From contig DATGLW010000138.1 of the NCBI GenBank assembly GCA_035293965.1, positions 38,908 to 102,907 of the forward strand: a stretch of 64,000 bases of DNA. The letters run 5' to 3'. Shown here one piece after another: positions 7,482-15,905 of this stretch (position 1 is its first letter; each line of letters begins with the position of its first letter). The notes under the pieces were generated by a model, which did not search any database, was not told the origin of the DNA, and saw only the letters and a program-made list of their open reading frames with translations. This DNA is from Acidimicrobiales bacterium. GTDB lineage: Bacteria; Actinomycetota; Acidimicrobiia; Acidimicrobiales; RAAP-2. The position numbers and the translations under genes were made by a program.

Positions 7482-10196
7482 TCAGGCGCCGAAGGGCTCG
7501 ACGACGTCGGGGTCGATGTCGAAACGGCGGATGGCGGTCGTCACCTCGTCGACGTCTGCCAGCCCCCGGCGGGCCAGCTCGGCGAGCACCGCGACCACCA
7601 CGTGCCCGGCGTCGATCTCGAAGTGCCGGCGCAGCGCCGCCCGGGCGTCGGAGCGGCCGAACCCGTCGGTGCCGAGCGACGTGAACGGACGGGCGACCCA
7701 GCGCGCCACCTGGTCGGGCACGGCTCGCAGGTAGTCGGTGACCGCCACGACCGGCCCCGGCCCCTCCCCCAGGGCGGTGGTGACGTAGGGCACGCGGGGA
7801 GGCTCCCCGGGGTGGAGGCGGTTCCATCGCTCGACGGAGAAGGCCTGGCGGCGCAGCTCGACCCACGAGGTGACCGACCAGGCGTCGGCCGACACCCCCC
7901 AGCCTTCGGCCAGCAGCTGGCGGGCCTCCATCGCCGCCTGCCACAGCGGCCCGGAGAAGCAGATGCTGGCCTGGCGGCCGCCGCTCTCGGGCGGACCGGC
8001 GAAGCGGTAGAGGCCCCGGACGATGCCCTCGCGCACCGCATCGCCCTCGGCCCCCTCGGGCAGGGGCGGCATCCGGTAGTTCTCGTTGTAGAGCGTCAGG
8101 TACCAGAACCGGTCCTCGGGGTTGGGCCCGAGCATGCGGTTGATGGCGTCCTCGACGATCACCGCCACCTCGTAGGCGAAGGCGGCGTCGTAGACCATGG
8201 CGGCCGGGTTGACCGATGCCAGCAGTGGCGAGTGCCCGTCGTCGTGCTGGAGCCCCTCGCCCTGCAGCGTGGTGCGCCCCGCCGTGCAGCCGGCCAGGAT
8301 GCCCCGCCCGCGGATGTCGCCGAGGGCCCAGGTGAGGTCGCCCACCCGCTGGAACCCGAACATCGAGTAGAAGAGGTAGACGGGCAGCATGGGCCGCCCC
8401 CACGTCGCGTAGGAGGTGGCCAAGGCGGTGAAGGAGGCCATCGCCCCGGCCTCGGTGATGCCCTCCTCGAGGAGCTGGCCGGAGCTGCTCTCGGCGTAGT
8501 TGAGGGGCAGGTCGGCGTCGACGGACACGTAGCGCTGGCCCTGGGGCGAGAAGATCTTGGCCTCGGCGATGATGGCCTCGAGGCCGAAGGTGCGCGCCTC
8601 GTCGGGCACGATGGGCGCCACGAGGGGCCCGATGGTCGGGTCGCGCACCAGGTTGCGCAGCAGGCGGGCGAAGGCCATGGTGGTGGAGGCCGCCTGGGTG
8701 CCCGAGCCCGCCGTCAGGTCGGCGAACACCTTCGGGTCCGGGAGCTGCGGCGGTGCCTTGCGGACCACCCGCGACGGCACCGGGCCTGCCAGCATGGCCC
8801 GGCGGGCCATCAGGTACTCGTGGGCTTCGGAGCCCTCCGGGGGACGGTAGTAGGGGGGCAGGTCCGCCTCGAGGGCCGCGTCGGGGATCTCGTCGGTCAG
8901 GTGCAGCCGGTCGCGCAGGGCCATCAGCTGGGCCCTGGTCATCTTCTTGATCTGGTGGGTGGAGTTGCGGGCCTCGATCTCGGGGCCGAGCGTCCAGCCC
9001 TTGATGGTCTTGGCCAGGATGACCGTCGGCGCACCCCGTTGCTCGGTCGCGAGCTTGTAGGCCGCGTACAGCTTGCGGTAGTCGTGCCCGCCGCGTGGCA
9101 GCGAGCGGAGCTCGTCGTCGCTCAGGTGCTCGACCATCCGGCGCAGCCGAGGGTCGGGCCCGAAGAAGTGCTCGCGGATGTAGGCGCCACCTTCGACGGC
9201 GTACTTCTGGAACTCGCCGTCGACGGTGGTGTTCATCTTGTCGAGGAGCACGCCGTCGACGTCGCGGGCGAGCAGCTCGTCCCATCGGGAGCCCCAGATG
9301 ACCTTGATGACGTTCCACCCGGCGCCCCGGAAGACCGCCTCGAGCTCCTGGATGATCTTGCCGTTGCCCCGCACCGGCCCGTCGAGGCGCTGGAGGTTGC
9401 AGTTGACCACGAAGATCAGGTTGTCGAGGTGCTCGCGGCCGGCCACGCCCAGGGCCCCGATGGACTCGGGCTCGTCCATCTCGCCGTCGCCGAGGAAGCA
9501 CCACACGCGGCTGCGGCTGGTGTCCACCAGGCGCCGCAGGTGCAGGTACCGGTTGATGTGGGCCTGGTAGATGGCGCTGATCGGCCCGAGGCCCATCGAC
9601 ACGGTCGGGTACTCCCAGAAGTCCGGCAACGAGCGCGGATGGGGGTAGCTGGGCAGGCCATGCCCGCCGATCTCGTGGCGGAAGTTGTCGAGCTGCTCCT
9701 CGGTGAGGCGGCCCTCCACGTAGGCCCGGGCGTAGATGCCCGGGGAGGCGTGGCCCTGGATGAAGACCTGGTCACCGGGGCCGCCGTCGCTCTTGCCGCG
9801 GAAGAAGTGGTTGAAGCCCACCTCGTAGAGGGACGCCGAGCTGGCGTAGGTCGACAGGTGGCCGCCGATGCCGTCGGTGCGGGCGTTGGCCCGGGTGACC
9901 ATGACCGCCGCGTTCCACCGGATGTAGGCGCGAATCCTGCGCTCGAGGTGCTCGTCACCGGGGAACCAGGGCTCGTCGCCAGCCGGGATGGTGTTGACGT
10001 AGGGGGTGGACACGGTGGCCGGGAAGTCGACCTGGAGGGTCCTGGCCCGCTCGAGCAGCTTCATGAGCAGGAACCGCGCTCGAGGGCGGCCGTGCACGCC
10101 CACGACCTGGTCGAAGGAGTCGAGCCATTCCGCCGTTTCGGTCGGGTCGATGTCCGGTACCTGGTGCGAGATCCCGTCGAAGAGCACGACCTCCAT
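7482..10196 (-). CDS. aceE: pyruvate dehydrogenase E1 component, homodimeric type
   Basis: About 904 aa counted from MEVVLFDGISHQVPDIDPTETAEWLDS. AceE-type sequence continues throughout (GGHLSTYASSASLYEVGFNHFFRGK, CFLGDGEMDEPES). Confidence 0.93.
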   Translation of the reverse strand: MEVVLFDGISHQVPDIDPTETAEWLDSFDQVVGVHGRPRARFLLMKLLERARTLQVDFPATVSTPYVNTIPAGDEPWFPGDEHLERRIRAYIRWNAAVMVTRANARTDGIGGHLSTYASSASLYEVGFNHFFRGKSDGGPGDQVFIQGHASPGIYARAYVEGRLTEEQLDNFRHEIGGHGLPSYPHPRSLPDFWEYPTVSMGLGPISAIYQAHINRYLHLRRLVDTSRSRVWCFLGDGEMDEPESIGALGVAGREHLDNLIFVVNCNLQRLDGPVRGNGKIIQELEAVFRGAGWNVIKVIWGSRWDELLARDVDGVLLDKMNTTVDGEFQKYAVEGGAYIREHFFGPDPRLRRMVEHLSDDELRSLPRGGHDYRKLYAAYKLATEQRGAPTVILAKTIKGWTLGPEIEARNSTHQIKKMTRAQLMALRDRLHLTDEIPDAALEADLPPYYRPPEGSEAHEYLMARRAMLAGPVPSRVVRKAPPQLPDPKVFADLTAGSGTQAASTTMAFARLLRNLVRDPTIGPLVAPIVPDEARTFGLEAIIAEAKIFSPQGQRYVSVDADLPLNYAESSSGQLLEEGITEAGAMASFTALATSYATWGRPMLPVYLFYSMFGFQRVGDLTWALGDIRGRGILAGCTAGRTTLQGEGLQHDDGHSPLLASVNPAAMVYDAAFAYEVAVIVEDAINRMLGPNPEDRFWYLTLYNENYRMPPLPEGAEGDAVREGIVRGLYRFAGPPESGGRQASICFSGPLWQAAMEARQLLAEGWGVSADAWSVTSWVELRRQAFSVERWNRLHPGEPPRVPYVTTALGEGPGPVVAVTDYLRAVPDQVARWVARPFTSLGTDGFGRSDARAALRRHFEIDAGHVVVAVLAELARRGLADVDEVTTAIRRFDIDPDVVEPFGA

Positions 10197-10221
10197 GCTG
10201 GCACGTAGTACAGATGCCCAT

Positions 10222-10704
10222 GTGCGCGCCGGGCCTGCCTTCACCGTCGTCTACACGGACGGGGCCTGCCTGGGGAACCCAGGGCCCGGCGGGTGGGCGT
10301 GGGCGGTCCCCGGGGGGGCCTACGCCAGCGGCGCCGCCGCGCACACGACCAACCAGCGCATGGAGATGACCGCGGTGCTCGAGGCCCTCCGCGTCCTGCT
10401 CGCCGCCGACCCGCCGCCGGCGGGGATCGAGGTCGCCAGCGACTCGGCCTACGTCGTCAACTGCTTCCGCCAGGAGTGGTGGAAGGGCTGGGAGCGCCGG
10501 GGGTGGCGCAACGTCGCCGGCAAGGCGGTGGCCAACCGCGACCTGTGGGAGCCGCTGCTGGCCTTGGCGCTCGACCCGGCCCGACCCGTCGCCTTCCGCT
10601 GGGTGAAGGGCCACTCGGGGGACCGGTGGAACGACTTCGTGGACCGCCTGGCGGTCGAGGCGGCCTCGATCGGCCGCGGGACCTCGGGGACCTCGGGGAC
10701 CTGA
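10222..10704 (+). CDS. rnhA: ribonuclease HI
   Basis: Contains VVYTDGACLGNPGPGGWAW, TNQRMEM, SDSAYVV and WVKGHSGDRWNDFVD. An alternative ATG at 10195 would overlap the aceE start codon on the opposite strand. Confidence 0.85.
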   Translation: MRAGPAFTVVYTDGACLGNPGPGGWAWAVPGGAYASGAAAHTTNQRMEMTAVLEALRVLLAADPPPAGIEVASDSAYVVNCFRQEWWKGWERRGWRNVAGKAVANRDLWEPLLALALDPARPVAFRWVKGHSGDRWNDFVDRLAVEAASIGRGTSGTSGT

Positions 10705-10751
10705 CGGGGACCTGAGGTGCTCGGGCCCCGGGGATGTCGGCCACCTGGCGG

Positions 10752-10757
10752 TACGAT
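10752..10757 (+). promoter_or_regulatory. -10-like hexamer TACGAT, 8 nt before the ATG (leaderless-type)
   Basis: A TANNNT hexamer lies immediately upstream of the SDR gene start codon, and there is no Shine-Dalgarno sequence. Confidence 0.4.
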
Positions 10758-10765
10758 CCCCCTCC

Positions 10766-11527
10766 ATGGATCTCGAGGGAGTCTCTGCCATGGTCACGGG
10801 GGGCGCGTCGGGGCTCGGTGCGGCCACCGTGCGCGCCCTGGCCGCCGAGGGAGCGTGCGTCACCGTGTTCGACCTCAACGAGAAGGGTGCCGAGGAGACG
10901 GCAGCCGCCGTCGGGGGTCGCGCCGTCGCAGGCGACGTCACGGTGCCCGAGGACTGCCAGCGCGCGGTCGACGACGCCGCGGCCGCCGGTCCGTTGCGGG
11001 TCGTCGTCAACTGTGCCGGCATGGCGACCGCCGGCCGGGTCATCGACCGCGACGGGTCGCCCCACGACCTGGCCGCCTTCGAGCGGGTCCAACGCGTGAA
11101 CGTCGTGGGCACGTTCAACGTCATGACGCGCGCGGCAGCCGCGATGGCCCGCACCGATCCGGTCGAGGACGGCGAGCGAGGCGTGATCATCAACACGGCC
11201 TCGGTGGCGGCCTTCGACGGCCAGATCGGCCAGCTCGCCTACTCGGCGTCCAAGGGGGCGATCGTCGCCATGACGCTGCCGGCGGCCCGCGACCTCTCGG
11301 TGGTCGGGATCCGCGTGCTGGCCATCGCCCCGGGCATCTTCGACACGCCCCTCGTCGGGTTCCTCAGCGAGGCGCAGCGCCAGGCGCTGGCCGAGTCCAC
11401 CCTGTTCCCCAAGCGCCTCGGCCAGCCCGTCGACTTCGGTCGCCTGGCCGTGGCCATGGCCCGCAACAGCTACCTGAACGCCGAGGTGGTGCGCCTCGAC
11501 GGCGGCATCAGGATGCCGCCGCGGTGA
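10766..11527 (+). CDS. SDR family oxidoreductase (3-hydroxyacyl-CoA dehydrogenase type II-like)
   Basis: TGGASGLG Rossmann motif, NCAG, and YSASKGAIVAMT (YxxxK). Confidence 0.85.
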   Translation: MDLEGVSAMVTGGASGLGAATVRALAAEGACVTVFDLNEKGAEETAAAVGGRAVAGDVTVPEDCQRAVDDAAAAGPLRVVVNCAGMATAGRVIDRDGSPHDLAAFERVQRVNVVGTFNVMTRAAAAMARTDPVEDGERGVIINTASVAAFDGQIGQLAYSASKGAIVAMTLPAARDLSVVGIRVLAIAPGIFDTPLVGFLSEAQRQALAESTLFPKRLGQPVDFGRLAVAMARNSYLNAEVVRLDGGIRMPPR

Positions 11528-11555
11528 GGCCGCGCCGCCCCGCCCGCTCGCCGCG

Positions 11556-12563
11556 GTGAGGTACGTCGAGGCCGCCGGCCTCCGGGTCTCGAAGGTCGGC
11601 CTCGGGGCCTGGCAGTTCGGCTCGTCGGAATGGGGCTACGGGCGCCACTACGCGGAGGCGGTGGCGCCGGCCATCGTCCGGCGATCCCTCGAGGCCGGGG
11701 TCAACCTGGTCGACACGGCCGAGCTCTACGGCTTCGGTCGCTCGGAGCGCATCGTGGGCAGGGCGCTCGGCGACCGGCGTGACGAGTGGGTGGTGGCGAC
11801 GAAGCTCTTCCCGGTCGTGCCGGTCGACCCGGTGGTGCGGCAGCGGGCTCGTGCCAGCCTGCGCCGGCTCGGCACCGACCGCGTCGACCTGTACCAGCTG
11901 CACTGGCCCAACCCGGTCGTCCCCCTCGGCGCCACCATGGCAGCGCTGGGCCGGCTGCAGGCCGACGGGCTGATCCGCCACGTCGGGGTGAGCAATTTCT
12001 CGCTCGAGCAGTGGCGCGCGGCCGAGGCTGCCCTCGGGGCGCCGGTGGTCACCAACCAGGTCCGCTACAGCCTCCTCGACCGCCGTCCCGAGGCAGAGCT
12101 CGTTCCCCATGCCGCGGCCGGCGACCGGATCGTGGTCGCCTACAGCCCGCTCGGCCAGGGGTTGCTGTCGGGTCGCTACGACGAGGAGCACCGGCCCGGT
12201 GGCTGGCGAGGCCGGACGCCGGCCTTCTTGACCGAGAACCTCCGGCGCCTCCGGCCCCTCCTCGACGTCATGCGCCAAGTGGCTGCGGCCCACGACGCCA
12301 CCTGCGCCCAGGTTGCGCTGGCGTGGCTGGTGCGCCAGCCCAACGTGGTGGTCATCCCCGGCGCCGCCTCGGTCGACCAGGCGGTGGCCAATGCCGAGGC
12401 GGCCGACCTCGAGCTGTCCGACGACGAGGACGCGGCCCTCCGTGCCGCGTCGGGCGCCTACCGGCCCGTGACCGGCCCGGCGGCCCTGCTGCCCATGGCA
12501 GCCGAGCGCGCCGCCAGGGTGGCGTCGCGGGTCCGGACCGCGGCGCGGGCCCTGCGCTCGTAG
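11556..12563 (+). CDS. aldo/keto reductase
   Basis: Contains LGAWQFG, DTAELYGFGRSERIVG, DLYQLHWPN and GVSNFS. GTG start. Confidence 0.88.
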   Translation: MRYVEAAGLRVSKVGLGAWQFGSSEWGYGRHYAEAVAPAIVRRSLEAGVNLVDTAELYGFGRSERIVGRALGDRRDEWVVATKLFPVVPVDPVVRQRARASLRRLGTDRVDLYQLHWPNPVVPLGATMAALGRLQADGLIRHVGVSNFSLEQWRAAEAALGAPVVTNQVRYSLLDRRPEAELVPHAAAGDRIVVAYSPLGQGLLSGRYDEEHRPGGWRGRTPAFLTENLRRLRPLLDVMRQVAAAHDATCAQVALAWLVRQPNVVVIPGAASVDQAVANAEAADLELSDDEDAALRAASGAYRPVTGPAALLPMAAERAARVASRVRTAARALRS

Positions 12564-12570
12564 GGCCGGC

Positions 12571-12596
12571 ATCCCGCCGCCAACGACCGGCGGGAT
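12571..12596 (+). terminator. stem-loop downstream of the aldo/keto reductase gene
   Basis: Perfect 9-bp stem (atcccgccg / cggcgggat) with an 8-nt loop, 8 nt after the stop codon. There is no U-tract. Confidence 0.35.
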
Positions 12597-12779
12597 CGCC
12601 CACGTGTCGGCCGGCGGCGCCGTCCCGCAGGCGGAGGGGCGGGCATCCCGGGGCCAACGGCCCGTGCCGGTAGTCTGAAGGAACGTGCGGGGCGGCAGCG
12701 CGCGCGACGGCCAGAGCTTGCCCTCGCGCCGCATGCACGGGTACGCAAGGGGGGGCTGGCCGGACGACGAGGAGGCACC

Positions 12780-14201
12780 ATGACGACGACGGGGGCAACC
12801 GAGTTCGACGTCGTCGTGATCGGCGGCGGTCCCGGCGGGTACGCCACGGCTCTCTACGGCGCCCTCGCCGGGTTGTCGGTGGCCGTGGTCGAGCGTGACA
12901 AGGTCGGGGGGACCTGCCTGCACCGGGGCTGCGTGCCGGCAAAGGAGTTCCTCGAGACGGCGGCCGTCTACCGGACCGTGTCGGGTGCGGGGGAGTTCGG
13001 CATCACCGCCACCCCGGGCGCGGTGGACTTCTCGGTGAGCCAGGACCGCAAGAACGCCGTCGTGGACCAGCTCTTCCGGGGCCTCCAGGGCTTGATGCGG
13101 GGCCGGAGGATCACCACGTTCTCGGGCACGGGCACGTTGCTGCCAGGGCGCCGGGTCCGGGTGGTCGAGGGCCCCCACGCCGGCACCGAGGTGGTGGGCC
13201 GCAACGTGGTGCTCGCCACCGGGTCGGTGCCGCGCACCCTGCCCGGCCTTCCCGTCGACGGGCGCGTGGTGCTGACCTCCGACGAGTTCCTCGACCTCCG
13301 TCGGCTCCCCAGGTCGGTGGCGGTGGTCGGCGGCGGGGTCGTCGGGTGCGAGTTCGCCTCGCTCCTGTCGGACCTCGGTTCGAGGGTCACCATCTTGGAG
13401 TTCCTGCCGAGCATCCTTGCCGGTTGCGACGAGGACGTCACGCAGGTCGTGCTGCGGTCGTTCCGCAAGCGTGGCATCGAGGTCCTGACCGGCGTGGAGG
13501 TGCGTGGCCACGAGCCGCGGGCCGACGGCGGCACGGTGGTCGGCTTCGGCGACGGCCAGCAGCTCGACGTCGAGGCCGTGGTCGTGTCGGTGGGGAGGCG
13601 GCCGCGCACCGAGGGACTGCTCGCCGAGGGGACCGGGGTCGAGCTCGATCGCAACGGCTTCGTGGTGGCCGATCCCTACCAGCGGACCGGGGCCGAGGGG
13701 GTGTGGGCCGTCGGCGACCTGGTCGCAGGCTCCCCGCAGCTGGCGCACGTCGGTTTCGCCGAGGCGATCGTGGCCGTGCGCTGCATGCTCGGTGAGCCCG
13801 TCACCCCGGTCGACTACGACCGGGTTCCGTGGGCCATCTACACCCACCCCGAGGTGGCCTATGCCGGCCTGACCGAGGCGCAGGCGATCGAGCGGGGGTT
13901 CGACGTGGTGACCAAGCGCGATCCCTTCGGCGGCAACAGCCGTGCACGCATCATCGGCGACACCGACGGGCTGGTGAAGGTCGTCGCCGAGCGGCAGCCC
14001 GATGGCTCCGCGGGGCGGATCCTCGGCGTGCACCTGGTCGGCCCGTGGGTCACCGAGCAACTCGGTGCGGGCTACCTCGCCGTCAACTGGGAGGCCACGC
14101 CGAGCGATGTCGGATATCTCGTCCAGCCGCACCCGTCCCTCTCCGAGACCTTCGGCGAGACGGTGCTGGCGCTGACCGGAAGGGGATTGCACGTTGGCTG
14201 A
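12780..14201 (+). CDS. lpdA: dihydrolipoyl dehydrogenase (E3)
   Basis: Contains GGGPGGY, the redox disulfide GGTCLHRGCVPAK, and the C-terminal HPSLSE motif. GAGGAGG lies upstream of the ATG. Confidence 0.93.
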   Translation: MTTTGATEFDVVVIGGGPGGYATALYGALAGLSVAVVERDKVGGTCLHRGCVPAKEFLETAAVYRTVSGAGEFGITATPGAVDFSVSQDRKNAVVDQLFRGLQGLMRGRRITTFSGTGTLLPGRRVRVVEGPHAGTEVVGRNVVLATGSVPRTLPGLPVDGRVVLTSDEFLDLRRLPRSVAVVGGGVVGCEFASLLSDLGSRVTILEFLPSILAGCDEDVTQVVLRSFRKRGIEVLTGVEVRGHEPRADGGTVVGFGDGQQLDVEAVVVSVGRRPRTEGLLAEGTGVELDRNGFVVADPYQRTGAEGVWAVGDLVAGSPQLAHVGFAEAIVAVRCMLGEPVTPVDYDRVPWAIYTHPEVAYAGLTEAQAIERGFDVVTKRDPFGGNSRARIIGDTDGLVKVVAERQPDGSAGRILGVHLVGPWVTEQLGAGYLAVNWEATPSDVGYLVQPHPSLSETFGETVLALTGRGLHVG

Positions 14202-15894
14202 TGTCACGATGCCGCAACTGGGTGAGACGGTCACCGAGGGCACGATCACCCGTTGGATGAAGGCCGTCGGCGACACCGTGGCCCGCGACGAGCCCCTGTT
14301 CGAGGTGTCGACGGACAAGGTCGACTCCGAGGTGCCGTCGCCGGCCGACGGCGTGCTCCGCGAGATCCTGGTCCCCGAGGGCGAGACGGTCGAAGTGGGC
14401 GCCCGGCTCGCCGTCATCGGCGAGGCGGGCGCCGGTGTGCCCGCTGGGGCTGCACCCGCTGCGCCCTCGCCCGCCGCCGCGGCACCGCCGCCGCCCCCGC
14501 CCGCCGCCGCGCCTCCTCCTCCCACCTCGCCCCCGACTGCGGCTGCACCGCCGCCGCAGATGCAGCCCCCTGCGCCGGCACCCCCGGCACCTCCGCCCGC
14601 CACAGCGGCACCGCCACCTCCGCCCGCCGCTCCGGCGCCTCCGCCGACGTGGCAACCTTCCGAGCCGGCCATCGTCTGGGCACCGCCACCTGCGAGCCCC
14701 CCGCCGGCCGCGCCACCACCGCCGGCCCCTGGCGCCTCGGCCCCCGGCGGGTCGCGCCCCGAGGACGCTCGCATCCTGTCGCCGGTGGTCCGGCGGCTCC
14801 TGGCCGAGAACGGCATCGACCCCAGCCAGGTGACGGGCACCGGGCTCGGCGGTCGCATCACCCGCGAGGACGTGCTCGCCTACCTCGATGCACGTCGCGG
14901 GGCACCGGCGACTGCGCCCGCGCCCACCACCTCGCCCGCGCCGGCCACCCCGCCCCCGGTCGCGCCTGCGGCCCCGCCGGCTGCCGCACCCCGATCGCAG
15001 CCGGAGGCCGCCACCGTCCAGGCGCCCCCTCCTCCGCCGCAGATGCAGCCGCCTGCGGCGGCAACTCCGCCGGCTGCCGTGGCCGTACCGCCTCCCGCGG
15101 TGGCGCCGACGCCTGCCGCGTCTCCGGCTCCCTCGGTGCCCCGCGCGGCACCCGGGCCCTCGTTGCCGACCTTCCGCCAGGCGGGCGAGCGCGTCGTGCC
15201 CTTCTCGAACATGCGCCGGCGCACTGCAGAGCACATGGTCCGTTCCAAGGCGACGTCACCTCACGCGTTCATCGCCTACGAGACGGACTTCGAGAACGTC
15301 GAACGGGTCCGCAAGGAGTGGGGGTCCCGCTTCCGGGCAGAGGAGGGCTTCTCGCTCACCTACCTGCCCTTCGTGGCCAGGGCGACGGTCGAGGCGCTGC
15401 GCGATTTTCCCAACCTCAACGCGTCGGTGGTCGAGGACGCGCTCGTGGTCCACCAGCAGATCAACCTCGGCATCGCCGTCGACCTCGACCACGAGGGTCT
15501 CATCGTGCCCGTCATCCACCGGGCCGAGGAGGTGACGCTCCGGGGGATCGCCCGGCGGATCCGCGACGTCGCCGACCGGGCCCGCTCGCGCCAGCTGACC
15601 GCCGACGACATCTCGAGCGGCACGTTCTCGATCACCAACGACGGTCCCTTCGGGAGCTACTTCACCGTGCCGATCATCAACCAGCCACAGGTGGCGATCC
15701 TGGCCACCGACGGCGTCAAGCGCCGCCCCGTCGTCGTGACGCTGCCCGACGGTACCGAGTCGATCGCCATCCACTCGATGGGGCTCCTCGGCATGAGCTG
15801 GGACCACCGGGCCGTCGACGGCGCGTACGTCGCCACCTTCCTGGCTCGGGTGGCCGGCCTGCTCGCCACGCGCGACTGGGCCGCCGAGCTCTAA
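14194..15894 (+). CDS. 2-oxoacid dehydrogenase E2 (dihydrolipoamide acyltransferase)
   Basis: Lipoyl domain (MPQLGETVTEGTITRWMK...EVSTDKVDSEVPSP), long Pro/Ala linkers, a PSBD (SPVVRRLLAENGID) and a catalytic domain (SWDHRAVDG). The start is TTG at 14194 or ATG at 14209. Confidence 0.9.
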   Translation: MADVTMPQLGETVTEGTITRWMKAVGDTVARDEPLFEVSTDKVDSEVPSPADGVLREILVPEGETVEVGARLAVIGEAGAGVPAGAAPAAPSPAAAAPPPPPPAAAPPPPTSPPTAAAPPPQMQPPAPAPPAPPPATAAPPPPPAAPAPPPTWQPSEPAIVWAPPPASPPPAAPPPPAPGASAPGGSRPEDARILSPVVRRLLAENGIDPSQVTGTGLGGRITREDVLAYLDARRGAPATAPAPTTSPAPATPPPVAPAAPPAAAPRSQPEAATVQAPPPPPQMQPPAAATPPAAVAVPPPAVAPTPAASPAPSVPRAAPGPSLPTFRQAGERVVPFSNMRRRTAEHMVRSKATSPHAFIAYETDFENVERVRKEWGSRFRAEEGFSLTYLPFVARATVEALRDFPNLNASVVEDALVVHQQINLGIAVDLDHEGLIVPVIHRAEEVTLRGIARRIRDVADRARSRQLTADDISSGTFSITNDGPFGSYFTVPIINQPQVAILATDGVKRRPVVVTLPDGTESIAIHSMGLLGMSWDHRAVDGAYVATFLARVAGLLATRDWAAEL

Positions 15895-15905
15895 GGCGGC
15901 GCACC

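Noticed and set aside
6598-9504. Very long alternative-frame and antisense ORFs. Examples are 211-2382(-), 6598-9504(-), 7257-10208(+), 11508-14861(-), 18327-20408(+), 35307-38237(-), 37837-40872(-) and 61615-63708(-).
   Set aside because: Their translations are dominated by Arg, Pro, Gly and Ala. They overlap ORFs that carry unmistakable enzyme motifs. They are the expected stop-codon-poor shadow frames of very GC-rich DNA.
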